A DNA stretch of 64,000 nucleotides, from the NCBI GenBank assembly GCA_018992685.1, contig JACVGT010000018.1:32001-96000 (forward strand). The letters are read 5' to 3'. Shown here piece after piece: positions 19,799 through 28,462 of this stretch (the first letter of the stretch is position 1; every line of letters starts with the position of its first letter). Source of the stretch: Theionarchaea archaeon (lineage in GTDB: Archaea > Methanobacteriota_B > Thermococci > Methanofastidiosales > SZ-28-30). Under the pieces are notes generated by a model. That model had not been told where the DNA came from. It was given only the letters and a program-made list of their open reading frames with translations, and ran no database searches. Made by a program: the position numbers and the translations under genes.

Positions 19799-20652
19799 GA
19801 AATCGGGATTTTCCTTCCTGCAGTCATCATGTACAGACTGTCGTCCTCCTCGTCATAGTACAGGGTAAACAGTCTGCTGGATCTGGGAAACAAATAGCTT
19901 CTGGCATCTCGTATTATGACATGCCTGTTCTCTCGAGAGTATGTGGGATATTCCAGAAAATGAGAGGTCATTGCTCCCTGAATCTTTGCATTGATTTTCT
20001 CTGCTAGCTCAAAATCTATCCCTTGACTCATCCGTGGAGCCTCAATGGTATGAGTCCTTCCCAGTACGTCCACCTTTCCTACCGTATAATCAGATCCCAC
20101 ATTGCAGAACACATAGGTAAAGTTCCCCATGGGTTCCAGGTTGGGGTAGGCGAGCCTGGTCCTCAACAAGAACCGCACTCCAATGTACCCAAAAAAGGCA
20201 GAAAAGGCCACTAATGGAGTAACAGAAACAAATCCGGATACACCCACTGCTAGACTCAAAATTGTCAAGGGGATATCAAAGATAGTCATCAATCCAAGGG
20301 AATATCTCTTGTCAGAAAAGGGTAGAAATGGGGATACACCCCAAGCAGTGACATAGTCCGTAAATATATGTAGTGCAAACCCACTGAGAATAATCACGGA
20401 GAATAGTGGGTTGATTACCAGGACCGCTGCAGATACCACAAGGGCAAATATCAGCGTGTGAGTGATCCCCCGGTGGGTGAATAATTGGGAGACTTTTGAA
20501 CGAGACCGTCTGCGGACTTGAGAGAAGATCAGCACGAAATCTATGTCCTGTATGGCTCCCAAGAGCCCCAGGAGCAAGGCTTCCAGTCCTTCAAACCCAC
20601 ACAAGTACGCTATTCCTACGCCCAGAAAGTAGTGGATAAATGCTGCGGCCAT
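19795..20652 (-). CDS. Membrane-bound metal-dependent hydrolase (YdjM-like)
   Basis: DIDF, HRGITHT, HIFTD motifs. Start corrected to ATG 20652 because the longer ORF overlaps the tRNA. Confidence 0.85.
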   Translation of the reverse strand: MAAAFIHYFLGVGIAYLCGFEGLEALLLGLLGAIQDIDFVLIFSQVRRRSRSKVSQLFTHRGITHTLIFALVVSAAVLVINPLFSVIILSGFALHIFTDYVTAWGVSPFLPFSDKRYSLGLMTIFDIPLTILSLAVGVSGFVSVTPLVAFSAFFGYIGVRFLLRTRLAYPNLEPMGNFTYVFCNVGSDYTVGKVDVLGRTHTIEAPRMSQGIDFELAEKINAKIQGAMTSHFLEYPTYSRENRHVIIRDARSYLFPRSSRLFTLYYDEEDDSLYMMTAGRKIPIS

Positions 20653-20700
20653 GGTTGAGAAAATTTTCTCTCTCTTAAATAGGTTTGCGCAGTAGAATAG

Positions 20701-20773
20701 TAGCCGGGCCCGGCTTCGAACCGGGGTCGCGGGGTCCAAAGCCCCACAGGATTGTCCCCTACCCTACCCGGCT
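20701..20773 (-). tRNA. tRNA-Gln (TTG)
   Basis: Acceptor stem AGCCGGG/CCCGGCT plus discriminator A; anticodon arm TGGGG-CTTTGGA-CCCCG; T arm CCCGG-TTCGAAG-CCGGG. No intron and no encoded CCA. Upstream CAAACCTTTTAAG promoter. Confidence 0.95.
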
Positions 20774-20871
20774 TTGGCAGAAATGTTTCGCTCTGAAGGC
20801 TTAAAAGGTTTGCCTCTTGCACTCTAAAATCAATCCTTCTCACCCAAAAAATCACTCATGTTGTCTCCTCG

Positions 20872-21031
20872 TTTATCCACCGAGTTTCGGATTTGTAAAC
20901 TCCGTCTGATTTACGGTGGATAATTTGGAACCCTGGATCTGGAGAGTTCTTGTGCCATGGGTTCTGAACGATCCATGTTGAGTCTTTCCGGGAAAACTGG
21001 ATATTCTTATTTATCCACCGAGATTCGAATT
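20872..21031. repeat. Three copies of TTATCCACCG (two direct, one inverted)
   Basis: Copies at 20873-20882 (+), 20914-20923 (inverted) and 21011-21020 (+). The direct copies extend to 20 of 22 identical bases. Confidence 0.75.
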
Positions 21032-21043
21032 CACTGGTCTGGA

Positions 21044-22138
21044 TTACTGGATGAGTTCGCCATCTTCCATGATGACAGTACCATCAACTTTGACTGTGGG
21101 GCGCAACATCACTAGATCCCAGTGAAGGCTTGATTCATTCTCCCCTCCGAATTCCCTGTTCTCTCCCAGAGCAATGTGTATCGTTCCAATAATCTTCTCG
21201 TCAGTTATCACATATCCTGTAGGTCGAGTTATCTCGGGATTCAGTCCGATGCCAAGCTCCCCGATAACATCTTTCTGGCCATGAGAGTGAGAGAGAACAC
21301 CTTTGAACAGGTCCTCATTTTCCTGGCAGGTTACCGAGACCACCTTCCCATCCTTGAAGATACAGTCGATCCCCCTAATTTTTTCTCCTTTGTAGAAAGC
21401 AACATCAAAATATGCTCTTCCCTGGGCAGATGATTCTATAGGGGCACAGAAAACTTCCCCAGCAGGTAGATTATTGCCAATATCTCCCATAGATATATCC
21501 TCCTCAGAGATAATCCCATCATCGATGAAAACTGGCCTTCCTGCAATCTGAAATTGTAGATCTGTCTTTTCCGTGGTGATGTGTACAGTGTGGCCATTTC
21601 TCAGTAGGTCAGCCACAGCCTTTCCTCTGGTGTACAATTCCTGGTAGTCAGTGGTTACTGCTTTCCAGAACATGTCATGAAATTCCTCGTAACGGACCCC
21701 ATACATCTCTGCTTTTTCTGGAGTTGGAAATCCCATTCCTGTCCATCTGACCTTTCTTTCCAGTAAGATGTTGTTGATAGGTAGGCGTGATTTCCTCTGG
21801 GCTCCAATTCTCTCCTCCGGTACTGATTGGAAAATTCTGGGATCCTCAGTCCTGTCAAGAAAGATCTGACCATCCACGAATCGAGCTAGTTCCAGGGTGG
21901 ATTTTGGCGGGGTCTCCAGAAAGTCAGTGTCGGGCTCCAGGAGCAGCCTCGTGGTCAGTCGGTCAGTGTAGGGAGTAAGGACAAAATGAGCATTCTGTCT
22001 GGAAATTGCCACAGCCAAATCTTCCATAAGCTCAAAGCAGAACAGCCCTCCAGCAATCCATATGATCTCCCCCGCCCTGACCCTCATACACTGGGTCACA
22101 ATCGTCTCCGCTACTGAATCCAGATCTACGTTAATCAT
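21044..22138 (-). CDS. M29 family aminopeptidase
   Basis: NLPAGEVF.AP, IGELGIGLN, DEKIIGTIHIALGEN, SSLHWD. Confidence 0.92.
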   Translation of the reverse strand: MINVDLDSVAETIVTQCMRVRAGEIIWIAGGLFCFELMEDLAVAISRQNAHFVLTPYTDRLTTRLLLEPDTDFLETPPKSTLELARFVDGQIFLDRTEDPRIFQSVPEERIGAQRKSRLPINNILLERKVRWTGMGFPTPEKAEMYGVRYEEFHDMFWKAVTTDYQELYTRGKAVADLLRNGHTVHITTEKTDLQFQIAGRPVFIDDGIISEEDISMGDIGNNLPAGEVFCAPIESSAQGRAYFDVAFYKGEKIRGIDCIFKDGKVVSVTCQENEDLFKGVLSHSHGQKDVIGELGIGLNPEITRPTGYVITDEKIIGTIHIALGENREFGGENESSLHWDLVMLRPTVKVDGTVIMEDGELIQ

Positions 22139-22335
22139 GACCTGAAATTCTCTTTTCCATTATAACTCTTTCCTCTGCATTCACTACGCTGCCATTTACA
22201 GGATGACCCACGAGAGTGTATGCTGCAGCAGAACGCGAGAAAACAGATTATGACAGGTATAGAAATGAGTTTCCCATTCAGCTGTGACCGAAAAGCTTTT
22301 TAGCTCATTGGTTTAAAGCCTCTCAGGTGATGCTT

Positions 22336-22590
22336 ATGGCAGAGATTATCAAGGAAATCTGCGAATCTCTGGAAGAATCTGTAGTGCAGGACCCTTCAGT
22401 ACCCAGAAACATAAGAAAAGCGGCTTCGGAAGCCATAGAACACCTAAGAAACCAAACCCAGTCAAGAAAGGTAAGGGCCCATTCTGCCACTGAGATACTA
22501 GATGAAATATCGAATGATCCTAATATGCCCATGCATACAAGAACGATTATCTGGCAGGTTCTCACTGAATTGGAGCGAATAGAAGATTAG
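22336..22590 (+). CDS. UPF0147 family protein
   Basis: DPSVPRNIRKAA, LDEISNDPNMPMHTRTIIW; AGGTGA RBS before ATG 22336. Confidence 0.92.
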   Translation: MAEIIKEICESLEESVVQDPSVPRNIRKAASEAIEHLRNQTQSRKVRAHSATEILDEISNDPNMPMHTRTIIWQVLTELERIED

Positions 22591-22671
22591 ACTAATATCG
22601 ACATTCGACGTATATCTACTCGTTTTCCGTCACTGGAAACCTTTAAATAGATGGCTGCATCTTGTAAATAC

Positions 22672-23409
22672 ATGGAAGATATACCGTTATTCGGAAACGA
22701 GAGCACAAGAGCTCATAAGACAAAAGACGAAAAGCTCTATTATACAGACCAAGAGATCACGTCTAGAGAGAAGACCACTCGAAAGGCTCTCTATGTCCTG
22801 ACAGCTCTCGTGGTGGCCTGTGCTGCAGTCTTTGGCTACCTGTCCTACAACAGCTACGTCAATGACATCAGCATGTCACAACAAATATCAGATTTATCAT
22901 TAAGTATGCAATCAAGCTTCGCTGTTCTCTCTGAAAGTGTTGAAGCTCTAGGAAGAAGAATTACAGGATTAGAAGAAAGAACTACGCAGCTGGAGCAGGA
23001 TACAGCTGAGAACAGAGCTGAAATTGAGAAAACACAGAAAGAAGTCACCGATATCAAGAGCACTCAGGAAGAAATGCAGCAGCTTCAGATCACAGCTGAA
23101 GACTCTGAGCAGATTGCTCTGAACTGGGTGGCGGCAAATATTCAGGGTATAACCATTCCTCACCGGGAGTGGGACTTCAAGAACGGGAAGTACTATGTAT
23201 ATACGTTTTCTGTTGACAGTACCTCCTCTGCCAAAAGGGTAGAGGAAGAAATTGTCTCAGTGACTGAAACGGATGAAGGATTCCTGGTAAAAATGATTTT
23301 AACCTTTAAAGGGTTTACCTTCACCAATGACAAGCTCCACTGGGAAGTTGGAATTCTAGTGGACTACAAGGGGATCGCCACGCAAAAGTATATAAACTTC
23401 GCGTATTAG
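22672..23409 (+). CDS. Hypothetical membrane-anchored coiled-coil protein
   Basis: One TM helix followed by a heptad region; TTTAAATA about 25 nt upstream of ATG 22672. Confidence 0.7.
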   Translation: MEDIPLFGNESTRAHKTKDEKLYYTDQEITSREKTTRKALYVLTALVVACAAVFGYLSYNSYVNDISMSQQISDLSLSMQSSFAVLSESVEALGRRITGLEERTTQLEQDTAENRAEIEKTQKEVTDIKSTQEEMQQLQITAEDSEQIALNWVAANIQGITIPHREWDFKNGKYYVYTFSVDSTSSAKRVEEEIVSVTETDEGFLVKMILTFKGFTFTNDKLHWEVGILVDYKGIATQKYINFAY

Positions 23410-23417
23410 AGTGCCGC

Positions 23418-23822
23418 ATGAAGCATGCAATGTTGGCGCTGCTGGTATTTTCACTCGCGGTGACAGGTGGTCTGGAGAGGAGCTTTTTCCTGGCAGACGA
23501 CACGCCCATTTGCCTCGTAGTAGTAGCAGATGATGCCAGCTTTGATGATCTGTTGACTGCAGCCCAGATTGCAAAAGAGATCGTGGATCTGGCTGGAAGT
23601 GGATGTCCTTTTTCACTTATTCGGTTTGAAGAGGAGATATCCAAGGAGGATACGGCAAAGTACAACCTTGTCGTACTGGGCGAGATTGATCTGAACCTCA
23701 AGGGGGATCCTGCAGAGGTTGCAGATGGACTGTTGCTGTACGAGAATCCTTTTGGAACGAAAAGACACGTGCTGGTGGTTGAGAACGCTCAATCGCTGCT
23801 TGATTTGCTTCAGGATCTATAA
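23418..23822 (+). CDS. Hypothetical secreted protein (resembles S-layer C-terminal domains)
   Basis: Signal peptide, VVADDASFDDLLTAAQI, NLVVLG, ENPFG..VLVV. Confidence 0.55.
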   Translation: MKHAMLALLVFSLAVTGGLERSFFLADDTPICLVVVADDASFDDLLTAAQIAKEIVDLAGSGCPFSLIRFEEEISKEDTAKYNLVVLGEIDLNLKGDPAEVADGLLLYENPFGTKRHVLVVENAQSLLDLLQDL

Positions 23823-23967
23823 TCCTCTTTACATTTTTTTTTCATTCATCTGCTTTACATTTTTTTCATTCTGCCTTTTCCTGTGGAGAATTGCTGGCAG
23901 CCAGTTACAGCTTTTGAATCATTTGATGATAGAAACTTTTTTCAGTTCCCACAGATCTTAGATTGTA

Positions 23968-24753
23968 ATGATTGAAAACACATTTATTCTCCTGGATGGG
24001 ATAGGTGAGGTAACAGAACGGAACTTGTGGCGGAATGACGTAGTAACCTGGGAAGATTTCCTGTCCATGCGAAGGATTGAGAAGATGTCTGTCATAAGAA
24101 AGAAGAAGTATGATGGCCAGTTGATGAAGGCTCAGGACAGACTCGAAAAGGGAAATTCTGCTTATTTTTCGCGTAAATTGCACTACAAAGAACACTGGCG
24201 ATTATACGAAAAGTGGAAAGAGGAAACGTGTTTTCTGGATATTGAGACCATGGGGCTGTATCACGGAATCACCGTGGTAGGAATCTACTCCAGTAAGGGG
24301 TACAGAAGTTTTGTGAGGGGGATAAACCTGGAAAAGGGTCTCCTGGAAGAGGAACTCAGGCAGTACAAGATTCTTGCAACATTTTATGGGAGAGCTTTTG
24401 ACATGCCCTTCATTGAAAGGGAACTTGGAATCTGTGTGGATGTACCCCACATTGACCTCTGCTTTACGGGGAAGAAAATCGGATTGAAGGGCGGACTGAA
24501 AAAGGTGGAAGTACAGGTAGGTATTTCAAGAGAAGAAGATGTATGTGGACTTGATGGGCTGGATGCAGTGAGACTGTGGAACCTGTACACCAGGGGGGAT
24601 GAAGAAGCACTGGACCTCCTCATCAGATATAACGAGGCAGACACAGTGAATCTGAAAACGCTGGCAGATATCATGTACAACCGGTTGAAAGAGGAGACCT
24701 TCTTGCGGTGGCAGGCAGGTTCCGATAGAGAAGGGGTTCTTCTGAGAGGATGA
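23968..24753 (+). CDS. RNase H-like exonuclease (YprB/RNase_H_2 family)
   Basis: FLDIET.G, TFYGRAFDMPF, HIDL, GGLKKVE, YNEAD. Confidence 0.9.
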   Translation: MIENTFILLDGIGEVTERNLWRNDVVTWEDFLSMRRIEKMSVIRKKKYDGQLMKAQDRLEKGNSAYFSRKLHYKEHWRLYEKWKEETCFLDIETMGLYHGITVVGIYSSKGYRSFVRGINLEKGLLEEELRQYKILATFYGRAFDMPFIERELGICVDVPHIDLCFTGKKIGLKGGLKKVEVQVGISREEDVCGLDGLDAVRLWNLYTRGDEEALDLLIRYNEADTVNLKTLADIMYNRLKEETFLRWQAGSDREGVLLRG

Positions 24754-24793
24754 CGAGACAACTATTATAAACAGAGGGTACCAGGATGAATCG

Positions 24794-25465
24794 ATGTGCA
24801 GAATGCTGGCATTCATGGGACCCCCTTGTAGTCCTGAGGACCTCCTGACCAAATTCCAGAGGCTTGCTTTGTACGGAAACAGTATTGATGGAGTAGGTCA
24901 TAGAGATGGCTGGGGGATTGGATATTATTCTCACGGTATTGTCCTCACCAAGAAGGCCGAATGTGCGGCTGAAAGTACGAAATATACAGAAGCCGCTCTA
25001 GAAGCAGCCCAGAAGGCCCCCCACGTTCTTATGGCACATCTCAGAAAAGCTTCTCCCAACACTCCAGTAACAGATGAAGAAGTTCATCCTTTTCAGATAG
25101 ATCATTATCTGTTTTGTCATAATGGTTCTATCACCCAGAGAGATGGTCAGCCGCTTGGAAAAACTCTAGATAGTGTTCTCTTTTTCAGAAAATTGAGAGA
25201 AACATCCCTTATTGAAGCGGTAGCCTTTTTCAGAGACTTCAAGTACACCTCACTGACTTGTCTCCTGACTGATGGTGTCAAAATCTGGGCGTACAGAGAG
25301 TGCACAGAAAGAGAAGACTATTACACCCTGTACTATTGTACGCGTCAAGATTCTGTGATCGTATGTTCAGAACCAATCCTCGACTGTCGGTGGGTACCTG
25401 TGGACAACAGACAGCTCATTACTGTTCTCCCGGATCACTCCGTTCTGACAGAAATGCTCACATAG
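24794..25465 (+). CDS. Class II glutamine amidotransferase (EgtC/YafJ-like)
   Basis: N-terminal MCRM, H.DGWGI, HLRKAS, HPF, F.HNGSI, SEPI. Confidence 0.9.
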   Translation: MCRMLAFMGPPCSPEDLLTKFQRLALYGNSIDGVGHRDGWGIGYYSHGIVLTKKAECAAESTKYTEAALEAAQKAPHVLMAHLRKASPNTPVTDEEVHPFQIDHYLFCHNGSITQRDGQPLGKTLDSVLFFRKLRETSLIEAVAFFRDFKYTSLTCLLTDGVKIWAYRECTEREDYYTLYYCTRQDSVIVCSEPILDCRWVPVDNRQLITVLPDHSVLTEMLT

Positions 25466-26728
25466 TCATCCGGCCAGTGTTTTGCATCCCACGTCTCCTA
25501 AAGGACACCCTGCCGTGCACTCCTCTTCCATGAGACAACCGTTGCATTCTAAAGGCATATACTTCTTGTTCCTGATGGAGGTAGCCAAGGGCGAATTCCA
25601 GATTTTCTCCCAGGGGTCTTTCAATATATTCCCCATCCCCTCAAACCAACTCTGGCAGGGTATTACCCTCCCGTCAGGTTCCACTGTCACATTAATCCGG
25701 GCGGCAGAGCACATCTTGAGCCCCAGTCCCAACCCCAATGGATCAAAATCACATCTCCTGGTGGGCGTATACCACACCATTTCGAGTCCCAATTCCAGAG
25801 CCTTGTCCCTGATGTTCTCTACATTGCCCTTCAATTCCTCAGGTGTGAGCCCATATTCTGCATCTTCTGCCCTCCCCGTCTTAATAATGGAATTCAGGGC
25901 GAACCGCTTCAACCCCATGCCAGAGAGCATTTCAAGAAGCTCTGGAACCTCATTGACATTCCTAGTTGTCAGGGTGGTATTGGTCAGTGTGAAAATGGAG
26001 GAATCTACACAATTCTTGATTCCCTGGACAGTCTCATCCCAGGCATCTGAGCAAACCATGTCGTTATGCGTTTTCTTCAACCCTTCTATCGTGATCTGGA
26101 CATGATCCAGCTCCACCTTCTCCAGGGCAGACACCATGTTTCTTGTCAGCAGCCGGCCATTGGTCACCAACCCAGTAACCATGTTCCGAGCATACCTCAC
26201 GAGGTCTACCAGGTCTTCCCGCAGTAACGGTTCTCCCCCTGTGAAAATGAGAGCACCTACATCAAGCGAGTCAATGATGTCAATAACCTGTTGCCACTGG
26301 CTGGTCTCTAATTCTGGAGTCTTCTTTGGTCCACCCATGTAACAATGGAAACAATCATTATTGCATCGATAGGTGACAGCCAGGTCAAATCGGTGAGGAG
26401 CCTTCAACTCACGTGAAAAGGGAGGAATACTCTCAATGCCCAGAAAAGAAAAGGGACAGACATCCCTTCTGGAAGCCAGAGTCAGTATGGAGAATAACAC
26501 CTGTTCATAATCCTTCTTTGCCGTTTCTTTAGATACCCTGTACTTCCTGGTCATTTTGTCCACTACGTCGGCCTCGTCCAGTTCTTCCATAATCATTCGA
26601 GTATAGTCTGCTGCTGTTTGGTTCAGGTACAGCAGGTGTGCTCCATTGATATTCAGTATAGAGTAGTCTTTTTCCTCTCTCAATGATAGACGCACCTGAC
26701 CTTCCTCGTATTGCAGTGTTTTCCTCAT
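25466..26728 (-). CDS. PqqD/RRE-fused radical SAM-SPASM protein
   Basis: N-terminal LNQTAADY...KYRVSKETAKKD (PqqD-like); CNNDCFHC, FTGGEPLL, TNG; SPASM CSAA..PDGRVIPC..GNI..CNGC..ECTAGCP. GAGGTGA RBS. Confidence 0.92.
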   Translation of the reverse strand: MRKTLQYEEGQVRLSLREEKDYSILNINGAHLLYLNQTAADYTRMIMEELDEADVVDKMTRKYRVSKETAKKDYEQVLFSILTLASRRDVCPFSFLGIESIPPFSRELKAPHRFDLAVTYRCNNDCFHCYMGGPKKTPELETSQWQQVIDIIDSLDVGALIFTGGEPLLREDLVDLVRYARNMVTGLVTNGRLLTRNMVSALEKVELDHVQITIEGLKKTHNDMVCSDAWDETVQGIKNCVDSSIFTLTNTTLTTRNVNEVPELLEMLSGMGLKRFALNSIIKTGRAEDAEYGLTPEELKGNVENIRDKALELGLEMVWYTPTRRCDFDPLGLGLGLKMCSAARINVTVEPDGRVIPCQSWFEGMGNILKDPWEKIWNSPLATSIRNKKYMPLECNGCLMEEECTAGCPLGDVGCKTLAG

Positions 26729-26737
26729 GATATCACC

Positions 26738-28354
26738 TCAGAACCCTCCTCCTGAAGCACAGGCACAGGCACAGGAAACACAGGCACAGGCACAGGCACA
26801 GGAAACACAGGCACAAACACAGCTCTTATGGGCATGTGAAACCTCGGCAGATGGTTTTCCAGGGACAGCGTGCTTTTCCCAGCCTTTTTCCAGCGATTTC
26901 TTGTTCAATCCAAGTTTGTCCTCCACGTTCTTCTTGGCCTGTGATATTGACTCTGAGAAGTCCTTTCCATTAGATGCTTTCCCCAGGTTATACCATATCC
27001 ACCAGCTGGAAGGCGTGTAGGGCGTAGAAACATTACCAAAGGCGTCTCTGGTCTTCTCATCAAAGGTGGGATCAGCCATTAGCCAGTCCACCTTATCTCC
27101 AAAGAGCTTGTATCTGTCTTCTGCAGTAGCAGACTCAATATCTGCCCAGTAGCTCTTGATCTGTTCTCTGTAGAAGTCTTCTGTCTCTTTTCTGGAGTAG
27201 CCAGTCATCTTGGAATCCACTTTCTTGTATATGGTCTCCAGAAGGGTATTCACCGCAGTGCCATCCAGAGTTCCATCCTCTTTTATACCATGCAACAGGA
27301 ATTCGTTTTCATAGTACGTGAGATGGCCAGAGAGGCGCACCTCACTTCCGCAGTACTGACAGAACTGGAGCTCAACAGCAGAATCCAGAGGGGCTCCGCA
27401 ATTAGGGCAGTTGAAAGCTTCTTCTTTCTTTTTCTGCTCTATGACTTCAGCTTTTACAGGGCCCCAATCCAGAATCCGGAGGGCACCCTTCCGGACGAGC
27501 CCCAAGAGCATGAGATTCACCAGGTTTACAGGATGTGCATTCAGCACATAGGCAGCTTCAACAGAATCCAGATCTTTCCTGACACCCAGTGATTCCATGG
27601 ACAGCGTTGGTGAGGTATACTTCACTTTCCTGACCAACTTGAATATTATAAAGATGAACGCAAATCCAAGAAGGAGCAGCACCACAAAACAGCATACGAA
27701 CGTACTTGCAAGTGATCCCGGTTCTTTGACAGGTGTTACCGGCACTGCAGTCTCCTGCATGGTTACATAGGTTTCAGGGAAGGACACGCCGCACCTGAAT
27801 TGATAGTTAGATCCCACATTCGCACGTTCGAAGTATACAAAGGCCCTTCCCCCTTCCATTCCCCTGTTTTCTGCTGTGGCGGGGTAATTCCCGACTTCAG
27901 ATATATCACATCCTTCAGGTAAGATAAACTTGACTCGAAGAACCTCTGTTGGGAAATCAAACCACGTTGGAATAAATTCTACTCCTAACCTACCTTCTTC
28001 ATCTGGAAAAATCATATATAGTACGGAAAAGCTCACTTTAACCTCTGTTATGTCACCAGATTGGGCTTCATCAAGGAAAAACACTTTCAATCGTTCAGGC
28101 TCCTGTTCTACCGTCAGCATGCGTCCACTCTGGGAAGCTGCATAATCATACACGGAATCATTGGGTACACCCACATATATTCCTCTATGGGGGCCCTGTG
28201 TGGTCTGTATGGTAAAATAGTACCAGATTTCAACAGTAGAGTCGCTATTAATATAGACTTCAACATTCTCCTCTTTGACAATAAACTGAGGTGACTGTGC
28301 CTGCGCAGCACAGAGCATAAAAAACAGTATGACCAGGGGAATTACCTTTTTCAT
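26738..28354 (-). CDS. Single-pass membrane protein (DUF2207-like ectodomain, Zn ribbon, Cys-alternating C-terminal tail)
   Basis: Signal peptide; VYINSDSTVEIWY beta-rich ectodomain; TM helix near aa 216-238; CPNCG..CQYCG; ends HKSCVCACVSCACACACVSCACACASGGGF. Confidence 0.85.
   Translation of the reverse strand: MKKVIPLVILFFMLCAAQAQSPQFIVKEENVEVYINSDSTVEIWYYFTIQTTQGPHRGIYVGVPNDSVYDYAASQSGRMLTVEQEPERLKVFFLDEAQSGDITEVKVSFSVLYMIFPDEEGRLGVEFIPTWFDFPTEVLRVKFILPEGCDISEVGNYPATAENRGMEGGRAFVYFERANVGSNYQFRCGVSFPETYVTMQETAVPVTPVKEPGSLASTFVCCFVVLLLLGFAFIFIIFKLVRKVKYTSPTLSMESLGVRKDLDSVEAAYVLNAHPVNLVNLMLLGLVRKGALRILDWGPVKAEVIEQKKKEEAFNCPNCGAPLDSAVELQFCQYCGSEVRLSGHLTYYENEFLLHGIKEDGTLDGTAVNTLLETIYKKVDSKMTGYSRKETEDFYREQIKSYWADIESATAEDRYKLFGDKVDWLMADPTFDEKTRDAFGNVSTPYTPSSWWIWYNLGKASNGKDFSESISQAKKNVEDKLGLNKKSLEKGWEKHAVPGKPSAEVSHAHKSCVCACVSCACACACVSCACACASGGGF
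26757..26822 (-). repeat. TGTGCC/TGTGTTTCC tandem repeat encoding the Cys tail
   Basis: GGCACA hexamers nested in a 27-bp higher-order repeat on the + strand. Confidence 0.9.
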
Positions 28355-28462
28355 GAGAAGGTACCTGAATACAAGTATATAAATTTAGCGAACTTGCCCT
28401 GAGAGAGGTTGGTATCAACTGAGGCGCGAAACCTTCTTTAAGGACCCGTTCCAAAAAGAGGA

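Noticed and set aside
20701-21040. tRNA-Gln as the att site of an integrated element
   Set aside because: No integrase and no duplicated tRNA end seen in the window; the flanking genes look ordinary.
23827-23875. Duplicated CTTTACATTTTTTTCATTC-like T-rich motif
   Set aside because: It lies right after a stop codon and is explained as an oligo-T terminator region with local slippage.
23968-25465. YprB-like nuclease plus amidotransferase as a defence system or part of the Cys-tail locus
   Set aside because: Both are common stand-alone families on the opposite strand, with no partner helicase or other sign of linkage.
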